NCBI RefSeq assembly: GCF_009834535.1
Contig: NC_045707.1
Coordinates: 60,824,001 to 60,888,000 of the forward strand
Origin: Camelus ferus
Taxonomy: Eukaryota
Length of the DNA: 64,000 nucleotides
Direction of reading: 5' to 3'
Shown here: piece by piece, positions 23,761-36,614 of the stretch
How positions within the stretch are numbered: the first letter of the stretch is position 1
Layout of the letters: the number at the start of each line of letters is the position of its first letter
The notes under the pieces: generated by a model
The model's database searches: none
What the model was told of the DNA's origin: nothing
What the model saw: the letters and a program-made list of their open reading frames with translations, nothing else
Program-made: the position numbers and the translations under genes

Positions 23761-24548
23761 TGTAAGAAAATTGTGTGGGCTTTTCTGACACCAAATACAT
23801 CATCTCGTCACCAACCAGTTCTCCAATTCTCTGACACAACTGGGTGTGCTACAATTCAGTCCAATTCTGACACTACCCAGAGTTAGCACAGACGCCACAG
23901 ATTAAGGGCTTAGTCCCACAAGGCGGCCTCCACTTCTAATGCAGCTGCAAATCAGGTCCCCAGGCTACCTGCCCTTCTGCTTGGCAAGTTACCAATTTGG
24001 AAATTCCCATGATGCCTGCCCTTAGGTTCGGTAATTCAGTAGAATGGCTTACAGAACTCAAGAAAATGTTTTCATTTCTATTACTGGTTTATTATAAAGG
24101 ATATAACTCGGAAGCAGCCAAATGGAAGCGAGCATAGGGCACAGTATGGGGAGGGGGTGTGTGGTATTTCATGCCCCTCCTGGTGCACCACCCTCCCAGC
24201 ACCATGGTGTGTTCTCCAACCAGGAAGCTCTCCAAACCTCACCACTTAGGGTTTTTATGGAAGTTTCATTATGTAGGCATAATTGATTAAACCAACTTTC
24301 ATTGGTGATTAAACTTGGTTTCTAGCTCCTTTCCCCTCCTGGAGGTGGGGGTGGAGGTAGGGCAAAACATTCTAACCCTCTATTCACACGGATGTTTTTT
24401 GTGGTAACCAGCCTCCATCCTGAAGTTATCTAGGGCTCTTCTGTGAGTCATCTTGTTAGCACACAAAATACAGTAAATTCCAAGAGTTTTAGATCTGTGC
24501 TAGGAATCAGGGACAAAGACCAAATATTTATTTTTTATTATACTCCCA
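23761..24548 (-). mobile_element. MER21-type ERVL solo LTR
   Basis: 'gacacaactgggtgtgctacaattcagtccaattctgacactacccagagttagcacagac...ctggtttattataaaggatataactc...gggacaaagaccaaatat'. Confidence 0.9.
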
Positions 24549-24649
24549 AATGATCATGATAAATAGTACCAACCATTAACATTTATTGGAAGTCAGTGAT
24601 GATGCTCATTGCTGTGTCGTGGGGGCTGACAGGGGTGTAGGGGGGAGAA

Positions 24650-24770
24650 TGTGTAACCCTCAGAGATTCTGCTGGAGTAGACAGAGGGTGGGGCACGGGA
24701 ATCAGCATTTTAATAAACACTCTAGGTGATTGTAGTTCAGGTGGTCCACAGATGACTCCTTCAAGAAAAA
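24650..24770. mobile_element. MER5-type hAT-Charlie fragment
   Basis: 'cagagattctg...ggtggggcacgggaatcagcattttaataaacactctaggtgatt'. Confidence 0.7.
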
Positions 24771-25051
24771 AAATATATCCTTTAAAGCAGTTTCGACACT
24801 GTTCTACCTTGTTTAATCGAACAAAAGTTATGTTTTTATTCAGATTTAGAACATTAGGTTAGGTATATCTAAACTAATGTTTGTGAAAGATTTTATTCTA
24901 ATGCAATTTGGTGTCATAGACCTCAATAGACACTCAGGCCGATTTGGTTTCTGAAACAGAGAGCAAAGAAGTACACTTGAAAATCTCTAGTGCCCTCATG
25001 GACTTCATCCAGAGATAGATACACTCTAGCAATAGATCAAGTATTAAAAAG

Positions 25052-25269
25052 CATTGCTTCTCAGCGTCATTACTGTTGACATTTGGGGCTGGATAATTTT
25101 GCTATAAGGAGCTATCTATGCATTGTGGGATGTTTAGCAGCATCTCTGGCCTCTGTTCACTAGATGTCAGTAGCAGTCACCCCTTCCCTTCAGTTGTGAA
25201 CCAAAAATGTCTCCAGACATTGTCAAATGTCCCCTGGGGGACAAAATCCACTCTGGTTGAGAACCACTG
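25052..25269. mobile_element. MER20 hAT-Charlie element, near full length
   Basis: 'tgacatttggggctggataatt...cattgtgggatgtttagcagcatctctggcctct...aaaaatgtctccagacattgtcaaatgtcccctggggg...ggttgagaaccactg'. Confidence 0.93.
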
Positions 25270-26569
25270 CTCTAAAGGAAATCAGCGAAGTGTCCTGTGA
25301 TAACCTCCCCTCTTCTTATTGCTCTCCCTTTAGTTAAATGGTTATGTATGCAAAGCAGCAGAGAGCTAGTTAAAGGCAACTTTGAACTCAAGGTAAATGA
25401 GAACAAACACTAAACCCTCCTCTGGCCCATCAGGTGCCTTATGGACCCCAAGGGAGAGTCCTGGAGGGATGGGGGTGGCAGATCTTTGCTGGCTGCCTTT
25501 TCCTCCCAGCATTTAAAGTGATTGTGAAAAAGACTAAGTCATTCTCACCCACTTTAACTACAACCCAAATTCCCCAAACTTGATCGTTGAAAACATCATC
25601 TTGTCAACAGGAACATTTCCAGGAGTTCTTAGGCGTTTGTGAAAGTGTACTGCTTCTACACATGCCCAGAACTATTATTACCATCAGAAGCAGGACCCGG
25701 GATTTCAGGGACCTCAGGGGGATCCACAGTGAGAGGAAAGACACCGTGGGAGATATGGCCAGTGTTATTTATAGTTTGCCTCAGGTTGTTGACACCGGTC
25801 CAAGCAATTCTATCCTTGCAGGATAAATCCAGGTGGCCAGTTCCACTTGGAGAAAGATAAATAGCTGATCATTGATTTTTCTATAGGTTCAGAAACTTTA
25901 TGTGCAGCAAGAAGGAAGAAAACAGAAATAAAATCCTCTCTTCACCTCTGCTGTCCAGAAAATGAAATATGTCTTCTTAGACTCTGTTTGGATGATTCAT
26001 TTTCCACAAGATGGTGTAACTGTGGAAACCATTTTCAGTTTTTCAGTATAAAATGAGAAGGGCTTTCCTAAACTTATAATCTTAAAAGAGCTGTTGAGGT
26101 ATGCTCTTCCCTTACTGAGCCTAGAACATACAGTTGAAGTGGTTTGTGATGGATATAACTTGGTATATACATGGGTATAGCCCCAGGAATAAGGGCTACC
26201 AGAAAGACTTCCTTCCCCAAAGCTCCCAGTCATCCCAGTCTGGTCTGAAATTATAAAAGCATTGAGATGAATGAAGTTACAATTTACAGCCCAACCACAG
26301 CCCTTTAAAAAATTCAAGCATCCCTGGAAAAGTAACAGTTAAGATGACGTCAATTATTCATACTTTAGTGTGAATTAGGTTATTATCTGGCACAAAAATG
26401 AGGAATAAGCATAGACATTGAGACTCTGAGGGACATTTTTGAGGGAGATGGGAAAGGAGGGATTGTTTGGAGGATAGCAGGTCATCTAGAAAGAAGAATC
26501 TAAAGCAAAAATTAAGTGCTAACAATTTCTTCTTTTTTAGCGCTTTATTGTTAGTGCTGTCTTCTTCTT

Positions 26570-27480
26570 AGTGCTTTATTATTATTGCTCTTTTAAGCTC
26601 TTAAAGTAGCACATGCTAAATCAAACAATACAGAGGCATTTACGATAAAAATGTATAGTCTCCCCCTCTCCTCTTGCCCCACCAAATCTGGTTCCTCTAC
26701 CATGTAAATCAGTGTTAGCATTTTGTTTATTGAGTATCTTTTTATTGGGTTTATAGGGTACATTTTTCCACATTTCTATAAACTCACACATGCATGTATA
26801 GTATACATGTAGGGATTCTTAAAAATTTTTTATTGAAACGTGGTTGATTTTCAATATTAGTTTCAGGTTACAGCAAAGTGATTCAGTTATACACATACAT
26901 GCATATATATTTTTTCTTTTCAGATCCTTTTAGCATATAAGGTTTTAAAAGCTTTTTTAAACAAAGACAAGATTATTCCATATGCTTAGTTATCTATATG
27001 GACATCTTTCCAAGTTAATGCCTTTCTCTTATTCTTTATAATAGCTGCATATATTCTATAATATAGATATATCATTATTTATTCAATAATTTTTCTATTT
27101 GCAGATATACCTCTTATCTCTAGTTTTTATTATTAAAGATAATGCTTTATAATATGGGGGTCAATGAATAAACTGTAATGTAATATAATCGAATAACAGA
27201 GTTAAAATGAATGGACTAGATGTATATGTAACAACATGTTTAGATCTTAAAAACAATCTTGAGTGGAAAAAATATACAGAATAAAATTACCTACTACATA
27301 AAAGGTTAAACGTATACAATAAAACTGCATACTGATTATGGAAATGTAAAGATGTAACAAAAATTTTAACAGAAGAAAAATAATGCTTCAAAAAACATCC
27401 TAGTACATGTATCTGCATGTGCTGATGCTTTTATTTCTCTAAGAAAGATTTACAGAAAATGCCACCTAGGACAAAGATGG
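26570..27480. mobile_element. Mosaic of L1 3' fragments (old L1ME pieces in both orientations plus a short younger L1 tail at ~26823-26930)
   Basis: 'ttttttattgaaacgtggttgattttcaatattagtttcaggttacagcaaagtgattcagttatacaca'; 'atagctgcatattctata'; plus-strand 'aaaatgaatggactagatgtatatgtaacaacatg'. Confidence 0.65.
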
Positions 27481-28209
27481 TGAATTTCTGTTCCTTTTTA
27501 ACATGACATTGTTTGGAATGAATTTAAGGTTCTGTTTACCAGCTTTTGAGTATGTTTCAGTTTGTCTAATTACTTAAATCCTATTGGGTAAAGATAGAGA
27601 TATAAGAAAAATAATGGTAATTTAAAATACTCTTCAACTGGACACACAATTCCTGGGGAGTTTGGACAGAACACATTTACCCTGACTATTCACTTTCTTT
27701 GTTCTGGAGCCTATTCTTTCATTTAGGGATGACAAAGAATTGTGTTCGCTTTGAGGGCATCAGTCTTATTTATAGTTTGATCCTGACTCTTGAAATAATA
27801 ATATTCCAAAATCATCTGAGGAAAGCTTTTCTTAATGGTCCAAATACAAAGCATGGACAGTTTATCTACCCAGAAGAGATACAGAATAAAAAGAATCAAG
27901 AATAGACAAGTCTGTGACCTTGAATTTTTAGTTCAAGGGCTTACCCAATTTTTATATGACATAGATATCAACAATGGAAATGTGGAGGGCAAGAGACATG
28001 AGTGAGTACAGAGACATACGATCCAGCCCTGCCTCCATGTCTGACACATGTTCCTTGGAAGGTCTTCTACCTGTTCATGAATGTGCTTTAACAGCCAAGT
28101 AGGTCCAGGACTGGTGGCCTTGCAGGGGGCCACTCTAGGAAACTGTCTCAGCTGCAATTAATTTCCTCCTTCCTTCTTTTCTTCCATTCTTCCTTCCTGC
28201 CTTCCTGTC

Positions 28210-29346
28210 TATTAAAATATAGTTCACACATAACATTGTGTAAGTTTAAGGTGTACAGCTGCATTGATTTGCTATATTCATATATTGCAGTTTGATTATG
28301 ACCTTAGTTTGGCTAACACCTCCATGGTGACATAATATAATGTGGTGGAAATATTTATGATCTAGTGTCTTAGCAGCTTTGAACTTTATAACACCGTATT
28401 GTTGACTATAATTACAATGCTGTGTATTACGTCTCCAGAACTTATCTTCTAGTTGCAAGTTTGTTTCCTTAAACAACAGCTTTCCATTTCCCCACCCTCA
28501 GCCTTGGTAATGTCCCTTCTACTCTCTGTTTCTAAGAGTTTGGCTTTTTAAGATTCTGCATATAAGTGATACTATACAGTATTTTTCTTTCTCTGTCCGA
28601 CTTACCTCACTTATCATAATGTCCTCAAGCCATCCATGTTGTTGAAAATGACAGGATTTCCTTATTTCTCATAGTTGAATAATATTTCATTGATATATGC
28701 CACATCTTCTTTATCCATTCACCCACTGACAGACTCTTAGGCATTTCCATTTCTTGGCTATTGTGAATAATGCTGCAATAGACATGGGAGTGCAAATATC
28801 TTTTCAACATCCTGTTTTCATTTCCTTTGAATATATACCCAGAAGTGGGATTGCAGGATCATATGGTAGTTCTATTTTTAATTTTTTGAGTACTACTTTC
28901 CATAATGGCTGAACAGTTCCACCAGCAGTGCCTGAGTTTCCATTTCCTCCATATCCTTATTATCTCTTGTCTTCTTGACAAAAGCCTTTCTAACAAGTAT
29001 GAGGTGACATCTCATTGTAGTTTTGATCTGTTAGTTCCATGATGATTAGTAATGTTGAGCATTTCTTCATGTGTCTATTGGCCATTTGGATGTCTTCTTT
29101 GTAAAGAAGAAACTATTCTCTTTCTCTGACCATTTTTAAATCAAATTGTTTAGTTGCTTAAGTTGTGAGTTCTTTATGTATTTTGGGTATTAATCCCTTA
29201 ACAGATATATGGTTTGCAAATCTTTTCTCCCGTTACTTAGGATGCCTTTTCATTTTGCTGACTTCTTCCTTTCTGTTCAGAAACTTTTTAGTTTAATGAG
29301 TCCCACCTGTTGATTTTTGCCTTTGTGGCTTATGATTTTGGTATCA
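28210..29346 (-). mobile_element. L1 (L1MA9/L1MA10-like) 3' end
   Basis: 'cataacattgtgtaagtttaaggtgtacagc'; ORF2 C-terminal antisense 'cttggctattgtgaataatgctgcaat...cccagaagtgggattgcaggatcatatggtagttctatt'. Confidence 0.92.
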
Positions 29347-30009
29347 GAGACTTCTTCTTCACTATATATTTAGAAAACTTCTTATCCCATCCACCTGTTA
29401 GAATCCCCCCTTAAGGTAAATTATCTTACCTTAAACATTATCTAGTTGCAGAATTTATAAACTGAAACCACTCTCTAAACACCTACTGAGAGGAAATGGG
29501 GCAGGGCACAAGGGGACAATGAGGAGACTACTAAGCTGAGTACTACCTATAGATCCCAAGCTCTGGGGAGGAAGTCTTCCTGTCTCCCTGACCTATTGCC
29601 TCACCACTGTTCCAGCTGTTTTCCATGAAACTTGTAAATAATCAAAAATGGATCCAGATGTCCTTTCTCTTTGTTCCTATAGCTCACTGTGCTTACTACT
29701 ATCTCAGAATTTATTGCATTCTAAAATTTTTAAATGAAAGTATTGCAAAGGCACGTTCCAACTGATACTAAGACTCTTTAGGTCTTTAATCTTCCAATAC
29801 AAAGCCAAATTTACTATATATTCTCAGTGAGGCACAGGCAATGTGATTCTGCTCCCAAAGTACATGCCAGCCTTTAGGTACTAGACAAATAATTTTCAAA
29901 CTACACAGCTGGACAAAAATCATGTAGAATGTCTCACTCTAGTTTGGGAGTCCTGTACATATTTCTAACCAGCATTGTAACAGAGTACATACAGATCTGT
30001 CTCAGCCTA

Positions 30010-30125
30010 CTGGATTATTAGTTTCTAGAATTCAGGACTCTGTTTCATTCATCATTTTATTTTTGGCTCCCAGTAGAGTGCCTGGTACATAGTAGGCACT
30101 CAACAAATAGTTGTTAAATAGCAAA
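30010..30125 (+). mobile_element. L2 3' tail
   Basis: 'cccagtagagtgcctggtacatagtaggcactcaacaaatagttgttaaat'. Confidence 0.75.
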
Positions 30126-30294
30126 TAGTTGTTAAATTTTTAAAAATGGAGCATGGAAGGGAACCAATGTTTATCAAACACCTACTACATGCAAGGCTCT
30201 GGGCTAAGTGCTTTGCAAAATTTATTGAGTTGTTTGGTATTTGCTAGTGTTCTGTATGGTATGTGGCTCCAGGAATTGCACTAGGACTAGGGAA

Positions 30295-30415
30295 GATTAT
30301 GGGAAGATACCTTTCAGTTCAATGTTAAAATCTTTCTAATGTTCAAAGCTGCCTGAAGATGAAGTTGGCTGCCTCAGGAAGGGTGAATTCCCTGTGACTG
30401 TGTATAGACTGAAGA
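30295..30415 (+). mobile_element. L3/CR1 LINE 3' fragment
   Basis: 'tctttctaatgttcaaagctgcc...ggctgcctcaggaagggtgaattccctgtgactg' resembles the CR1 3' conserved block. Confidence 0.6.
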
Positions 30416-30689
30416 TGTTACGAGGACCCAAACATCAAGTGGGGTGGAGCTGTCAACCGGATTAGGCTCCCACACTCGGGTCAGGCGAAAAGAAGAGGCC
30501 AAGCCCAAGAGTACTGCACTTCTTCCTTACCTCCAAGTGAAACAGTTACCTCATCGTGATGAACAGTGCTGGCTTTTGGCCTCTAAATTGGAGATATAAT
30601 AGGGAGTAATGGGGTCTATATATATTCCTGCTAAAGAGCACAATTCTTCAGCACCAAAGGTTTCCATGCAAGAATGTGGGTCCTGTGTT

Positions 30690-30842
30690 GAGAAATCTTT
30701 CTAGGAATTCTCATTTGTATGACCTCCTGATCCTTAAATGTGCTATCAAATATCAAATTCCATTGGGGGAAAAAAGAAAAAAGCACTGTGAGGCACACGA
30801 CGTGTTCACACATTTGGCCGATAGTCAGTTTATTATCTCTGC
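30690..30842. mobile_element. MER103-like hAT remnant
   Basis: 'ctcctgatccttaaatgt...aaaagcactgtgaggc...atttggccgatagtcagttt'. Confidence 0.5.
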
Positions 30843-31613
30843 AACTAATCATATTTAAGGTATCTTTAAACCTGAGAGTCTTGTGATGTTTGCCTTGTAG
30901 AGTGGTTATAATCCAGTGTCTGGTTATAAATGATAAATCCTGATATTTAATGACAGTGTCCTAAGTTCACAACCACTCCAGCTTTAACTTTCACACAGGG
31001 AGATTAATTTGTGCTGGCCCTACTTTATTTCATTGGTTTTTTTGTCATCAACATCATTGCATCAGAGGTTTATCTGATTACTTTATGTAACTTCATCAAC
31101 CAGAGGGTTGATTGATAACACAGGGACAGAGAAAGGCAGGTAATCTTATTATGACTTTGAGAACAAAGCTCAGCTCCCCATGGGGCATAGAGAGACTACA
31201 GTGAATTAAAACCCTGTCCAAAATGATATACACTTTGGCAGTGATATTTTGACAGTCTCAGTTTTGAATTATCTTCCCAGATGTTCTCTCAGCAAAATTA
31301 GAGAAACTTCATTTCCAGTGAAAGTCCTTTGACCCTAAGGTGGAAAATGACTTAGAATAGGAGCTTTTACCTTCTACAAAGTGACTTCTTCCCCTCTTGA
31401 TCTGGGCTCATGGAAGCTGTTTTCTATTACCTGGAATTCAGGAAAAGTAGTGCAGAAACCACAGGCGTCTTCTCCTGGGATGATAAATTACTGATGCCCC
31501 AGAAGGTTATAATTGTTGATTTCTAGGGAACGACCTAGAGTGGCTTAGATCAGCTCTGCTCTGGGCAATAGAAAAAAAGCCCAGGTCCACCCCTTTCCTT
31601 CTCTTCTTTCTTG

Positions 31614-31923
31614 ATACCTTAGTCCATGCAGGGAGCTGTGAGAAAACACCATAAATGGGGTAGTGTGTAAACAGCAAACATTTATTTCGCACAGTTCTGG
31701 AGGCTGTAAGTCTTCAGTGTCTGCTAAGGGCACATGGCAACCTCACATGGAAGGGACAAGATAGCTCTCTGGGATCTCTTTTAAAAAGGTGCTAGTCCCA
31801 GTCATGAGGGCACCACACTCATGACCTGATCACCTCCCGAAGGCCTCACCTCCTAAGACCATCCCTCTGAAGGTTAGGATTTCAGTGTGACTCTTGAGAG
31901 GATACGAATATTTAGACCATAGC
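31614..31923 (-). mobile_element. MLT1A MaLR solo LTR
   Basis: 'aaacatttatttcgcacagttctggaggctg...ctcatgacctgatcacctcccgaaggcctcacctcctaa...atttagaccatagc'. Confidence 0.88.
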
Positions 31924-32210
31924 CCTTGGGTTAGACTTTTTTTTTTTAATTCCAATGGATTGGTCCCATTTGCCATACTTACAATTTTGGCATATCCTAA
32001 ATGAGTGGTGCCACGGAGCTACCTGGCCAGCTTTTAGTAATGTAGGACTTAGAGGTATCTGCTCCAGAAAAAAGGAAACGCCGTAGTCCATATGGTCCAT
32101 CCTTTTCACCAGGAAACAATTAAGGGTAAACCTATGGTAATGAGCAGAGTGAATTTCCCAGGAGCATGCCCACTACTTATCTCTTTCCTAATATGACATA
32201 AAGTAAGCAG

Positions 32211-32702
32211 TGTTGGGAGACAGTTCTCTAAGGGCTTAGTTTCTGCAGGTATTGAAAATTAGGTACTGACTGCCTTTTTTCCATACTGTCTTTTCCCGAT
32301 TGCTTGTACAGTGTACAGCCTTGGAAGATATAATCTGTGCCTCGAAAGCAAACATCAAATTTTCTTATAACTTTGGAAAATAGAGATAATGTCTCCTGCC
32401 AGAGCAAAGAATCTGCTCAGTGCCACTTATAAAAAATTCAGATTACCTGACCTCAGGGTTTGCCTTGTAATAAAGTCCATTTTTTGTGCATGAATCATCT
32501 GGCCTTCCTCATGTTGCTTTGAGGGAGTAAGAGTTCAGAGAATTGGTGATAAATGCTGACAGCCTGGCTACTGCTATTGCTGTGAATAATAAACAGTCCT
32601 TTGTGTCTGACCCTGGAGATTTGTGTCTTCTAGTATCCATAAAACGTTAGTGGGCTAATTCCCTTGTAAATAGAGTAAAATTTCAGACATTTAATTCTTG
32701 AA
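32211..32702 (+). mobile_element. LTR40-type ERVL solo LTR
   Basis: Starts 'tgttgggagacagttctc', contains 'cagccttggaagata' and 'ggctactgctattgctgtgaataataaa', ends 'gtaaaatttcagac...ttcttgaa'. Confidence 0.88.
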
Positions 32703-33452
32703 TAGTCAATGATGATTAAGTTTTCAAGAATCTTAGAGCAACAGGCAAAGAAGAGGCTACCAAAGTGGCTGGGTGATGGGTCCTGATTATCAAGGGAGGG
32801 CATAAAGTTGTTGCTAGGCAATGGGGTAGAGAAAACTATGTTTGGAACCCCAGAGAGGGTGTATGGGGGCACCCCTTAGAATTTGTTCAATAGAAAAAGT
32901 TAATAGCAAACAGCAGCTATCAAATAAGGAAAGAGCAACTAAGGATTCAGAGTTTTGACAGTAATGTTTGGACCATTTCATTTGGTAAAAATATGGAAGA
33001 AGTAGTGGAACAAGGAATTTATAAATATCCAATATGGTTCCTGAGAAGGTACAGAAATGAAGACCATGGCAGTTCTATATTTTCTTCCTGGCTAATTTCT
33101 TTTTTTCATCCCCTCTCCTTTCCCATTATTGGCTGATTTTAAAATATAGTCTTCACATTATCAAACATTCGGTAAGTTTATGGCTAAACTAAAAGAAAAG
33201 TTAACATCATCCAGAGATGGATACTGTGAACATCTTCCATAAATGGATATCATGATTCCTGGAACTTTGTGCTTTTACATTTGGGAGGAGAATGTTAGAG
33301 CATCTTCATTTGTACAAAGGATACTTGCATCTTGTCAGCAGAAGCATGAAGATGTTCATGTTGAAGTGTGGACGTTCAGATAGATACAGAATGTGTGTGC
33401 ATGTTGGGGGTGATGAGTGTTTATCTGAGAGCTGACTGGTCAAAGGGATAGA

Positions 33453-33944
33453 TGTGCTGGTAATTTACTCATTAGCACTGAGCTCCAAATCTACCCTTCT
33501 TTACCAGTTGGCTTCCTGTTGCCAAGAGAAGACATTAGAAAAAGGCAGGAAAAGGAATTCCCTCTTCCTGTTTGTTTGCATAGCACTTCATCCTAGCAGT
33601 GACAGTTGATTGCAAACTGTGGCTTCTTTTTGGCATCCCCAGAACCCATCACATTTTAATACTTCTGAGATGTTAGCACCATCCGGGCAGCACCCTCTCT
33701 CAGAGGTCCAAACCCCAGGGCCATGACTTCTCCTCCAAGCTTCCAGATTCTGATCACCCCAACTTCCCTCTTGTTTCCCCCAGCCAACAGCCATGTAGCT
33801 GTTTCCTGCACTTCTCTGTGTCACCTCCCTGATCTCCTTTTGTGCTTTAATCCCTCCATTTGTGTAACCAACTTCTTGTATTAACTTTTCTCTGTTGGAG
33901 TATGTCATGCAATTTCTATTTTCCTGACTGGACCCTGACAGATA
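33453..33944 (+). mobile_element. LTR33/LTR41-type ERVL solo LTR
   Basis: 'ctccaaatctacccttct...ctccaagcttccagattctgatcaccccaacttccctcttgtttcccccagcc...tttcctgactggaccctgacagata'. Confidence 0.8.
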
Positions 33945-33955
33945 GAACTGAATTT

Positions 33956-34089
33956 TTTTGTCAGGGGGAGGTAATTAGGTTGATTAATTAATTAATTAAT
34001 CAATTAATTTAATAGAGGTTCTGGGGATTGAACCCAGGACCTTGTGCATGCTAGGCATGCGCTCTACCACTGCACTGTACCCTCCCCCC
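33956..34089 (-). mobile_element. tRNA-Ala-derived SINE (Vic-1-like), full length
   Basis: Reverse complement of the tRNA head plus the 'aacctaattacctcccc' tail; TSD TAGAACTGA(A/C)TTT at 33943 and 34090. Confidence 0.93.
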
Positions 34090-34758
34090 TAGAACTGACT
34101 TTAAGACATATATTTTATTTATATTTTTATCAGAGAATTGTATTATAGATGAATATTAGTGATATTTAAGGCTGTCAATTTGACTTACAGCTTCACTTGA
34201 GACAAGAAATCTGATGAAAGAAAGATACTAAAATTGTGAGCAAACGTGGATTTTGAGATAACTTATGAATTTCAGTGATGATCCTGTTTCCTTTTTGTCA
34301 ATATGTTTTAAGTGTTTCGTATAAACAGAATTATTTTTAGTTTTTTGAGCTCAGTCACTCAGATTCTGACTTTAATGGGCAAATCCAGTCCATTCACAAT
34401 CAGTATAAAAACTAATATACTTGGATATTAATTCTTCCGTTTCACTCTGATTTTTTTCTCCCTTAGTTAACTTCTCTGTTGTTTCCTTTTTCCTTCCCTA
34501 TTTTCCCTGTTTTGGTCAGTCTAATTTTCATCTCTATTCCTTGAATAATCAAAGGTCAACTATGTGACTATAGAGGAATGTTTTCTTTTTCTTTTTGAGA
34601 AATACCAAAGTTTTAAAATGCTGCTTTTCTAATGGTTATGATCTCATCCATATGGTTCTACAAGGAAGTCTTTTAGGGAAACTAAATCAGCAGAAAAGAT
34701 TCAGCAGATGTTATCCTTGGTGCTGTAGACTCCACAGTGGTAAGATTGCTTTGGTTAT

Positions 34759-35255
34759 TGTTGGGGCTCAGGATGGGCCACCTCAAAATATGCTTCAATG
34801 GCATATTGATATTTTAAATTAAAGTTACTTAAGAAATGGCAGGTGACCCCCCTCTTTGTCTCCCTGAAAGCAGGAAATAAATCTCTCATGCGCAAGGTAC
34901 ACCCCCTGCATCTGGAGGTAGGACACCCTTATCGCCAGAGATAGGTAATTTGGGTCTGAAAAGAGTGCATAAACAAACCTTGTTATTTCTTTAATTTACC
35001 ACCCCAAGCCCAAACTCTGCTTAGATTCTTCGCTAGGCACTCAAAGCCTAAGTTTTCTTGTCCTGTCTATTCCTCAGAAATTTATTGCTTCATCTCAAAA
35101 TATAACAGCTGCCTGCTCTGGCCACTTCTTAGGTCCTACTTCTCCATGTGCATGAATTAAAATTTGTTTCTTTTCTCCTGTTAATCTGTCTTGTGTTAAT
35201 GTTAATATTAGCCCAGACACAAGAACTCAAGATGGTAAATTTCCCGTCCCTGACA
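34759..35255 (+). mobile_element. ERV1-class solo LTR (MER34/MER39-related)
   Basis: TG...CA termini, 'ccacctcaaaatatgc' start motif, 'ttttctcctgttaatctgtctt' U5 motif, near-TSD TTAT/CTAT. Confidence 0.85.
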
Positions 35256-35419
35256 CTATCATTTGGATACTTCCCCCCCAACACCTTCTCTAGAACATAA
35301 AACAAGTAAATTAAAAGAGAAAACTTGAAATCAAAGAAGTTCTGCTATGAAAAGAGCTTATTAACTGAATGAATGTGAAACTTGTTCATGCTTTTAGGCT
35401 CTGGTTGCTTTTTCCTCTC

Positions 35420-35702
35420 TAAAGAAAGCACTGCTTACACTTTCAAACTCCTATTCATCCTTTGAAAAGCAGCCCAAGGATCTTCTCTGCCCATCTGTCC
35501 CTGGCCACCCTCTCCAGACTTGCTTCCTTCTTTGTGTCCCCTCCACGGCTTACGATGCCTGTGTTACAGCCCCTATAGCATCATCCTGGAATGATTGCAG
35601 CTCTAGGCGGCGTGCTGTTTGAGAGCAGAAAGAGTTCCTTCACCTTTTTATCTCCAGTACTGAGTTACAGCGCTTAATAAATGCTTCTTGGGCAAATGAT
35701 TG
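35420..35702 (+). mobile_element. L2 3' end
   Basis: 'caaactcctattcatccttt...tttatctccagtactg...gcgcttaataaatgcttcttgggcaaatgat'. Confidence 0.75.
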
Positions 35703-35930
35703 TTTCACCAATGGTAAGTTGTTTATGTACAGCAGCATATTTCTGGCATCTCTTTCATTTTTGTTTTCCTAAAGCAACAGAAGAAAGCAATTTTAGAGTT
35801 AATGTTGCCCCTAAGGAACGTAAATAATAGCTTCACTAGTCTTATTAATATCATCCCCTAATATTTTGAGACCTTATTTGGGTTGAGGCCTTCTGCACCC
35901 ATGTGTCTCTCTGCTCCTCAAAGATTCTTT

Positions 35931-36614
35931 TTTTTTTTTTATTTCCATCACAGTACTGCTATTTTTTTTAACATTTTTTATTGAGTTATAGTCATTTTAC
36001 AATGTTGTGTCAAATTCCAGTGTAGAGCACAATTTTTCAGTTATACATGAGCATACATCTATTCATTGTCACACTTTTTTCACTGTGAACTACCATAAGA
36101 TCTTGTATTTATTTCCTTGTGCTATACAGTATAATCTTGTTTATCTAGTCTACATTTTGAAATCGCAGTCTGTCCCTTCCCACCCCCCGCCCCCTTGGCA
36201 ACCACAAGTTTGTATTCTATGTCTATGAGTCTGTTTCTGTTTTGTATTTATATTTTGTTTTTGTTTTTGTTTTAGTTTTTTAGATTCCATATATGAGTGA
36301 TCTCATAAGGTATTTTTCTTTCTCTTTCTGGCTTCACTTAGAATGACATTCTCCAGGAACATCCATGTTGCTGCAAATGGTGTTATGTTGTCATTTTTAT
36401 GGCTGAATAATATTCCATTGTATAAATATACCACATCTTCTTTATCCAGTCATCTGTCAATGGACACATAGGCTGTTTCCATGTCTTGGCTATTGTAAAT
36501 AGTGCTGCTATGAACATTGGGGTGCAGATGTCTTTTTGAAGTAGGGTTCCTTCTGGATATATGCCCAGGAGCGGGATTCCTGGGTCATATGGTAAGTCTA
36601 TTCCTAGTCTTTTG
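35931..36614 (-). mobile_element. Young 5'-truncated L1 with TSD
   Basis: Encodes ORF2 C-terminal '[19 protein letters not shown]...WYIYTMEYYSAIK'; 19-bp TSD TGC(T/C)CCTCAAAGATTCTTT at 35912-35930 and 36615-36633. Confidence 0.95.

Noticed and set aside
25665..25732. Collagen-like peptide (PGFQGPQGDP)
   Set aside because: Only about three Gly-X-Y triplets, bounded by stops, with no collagen exon structure; likely chance.
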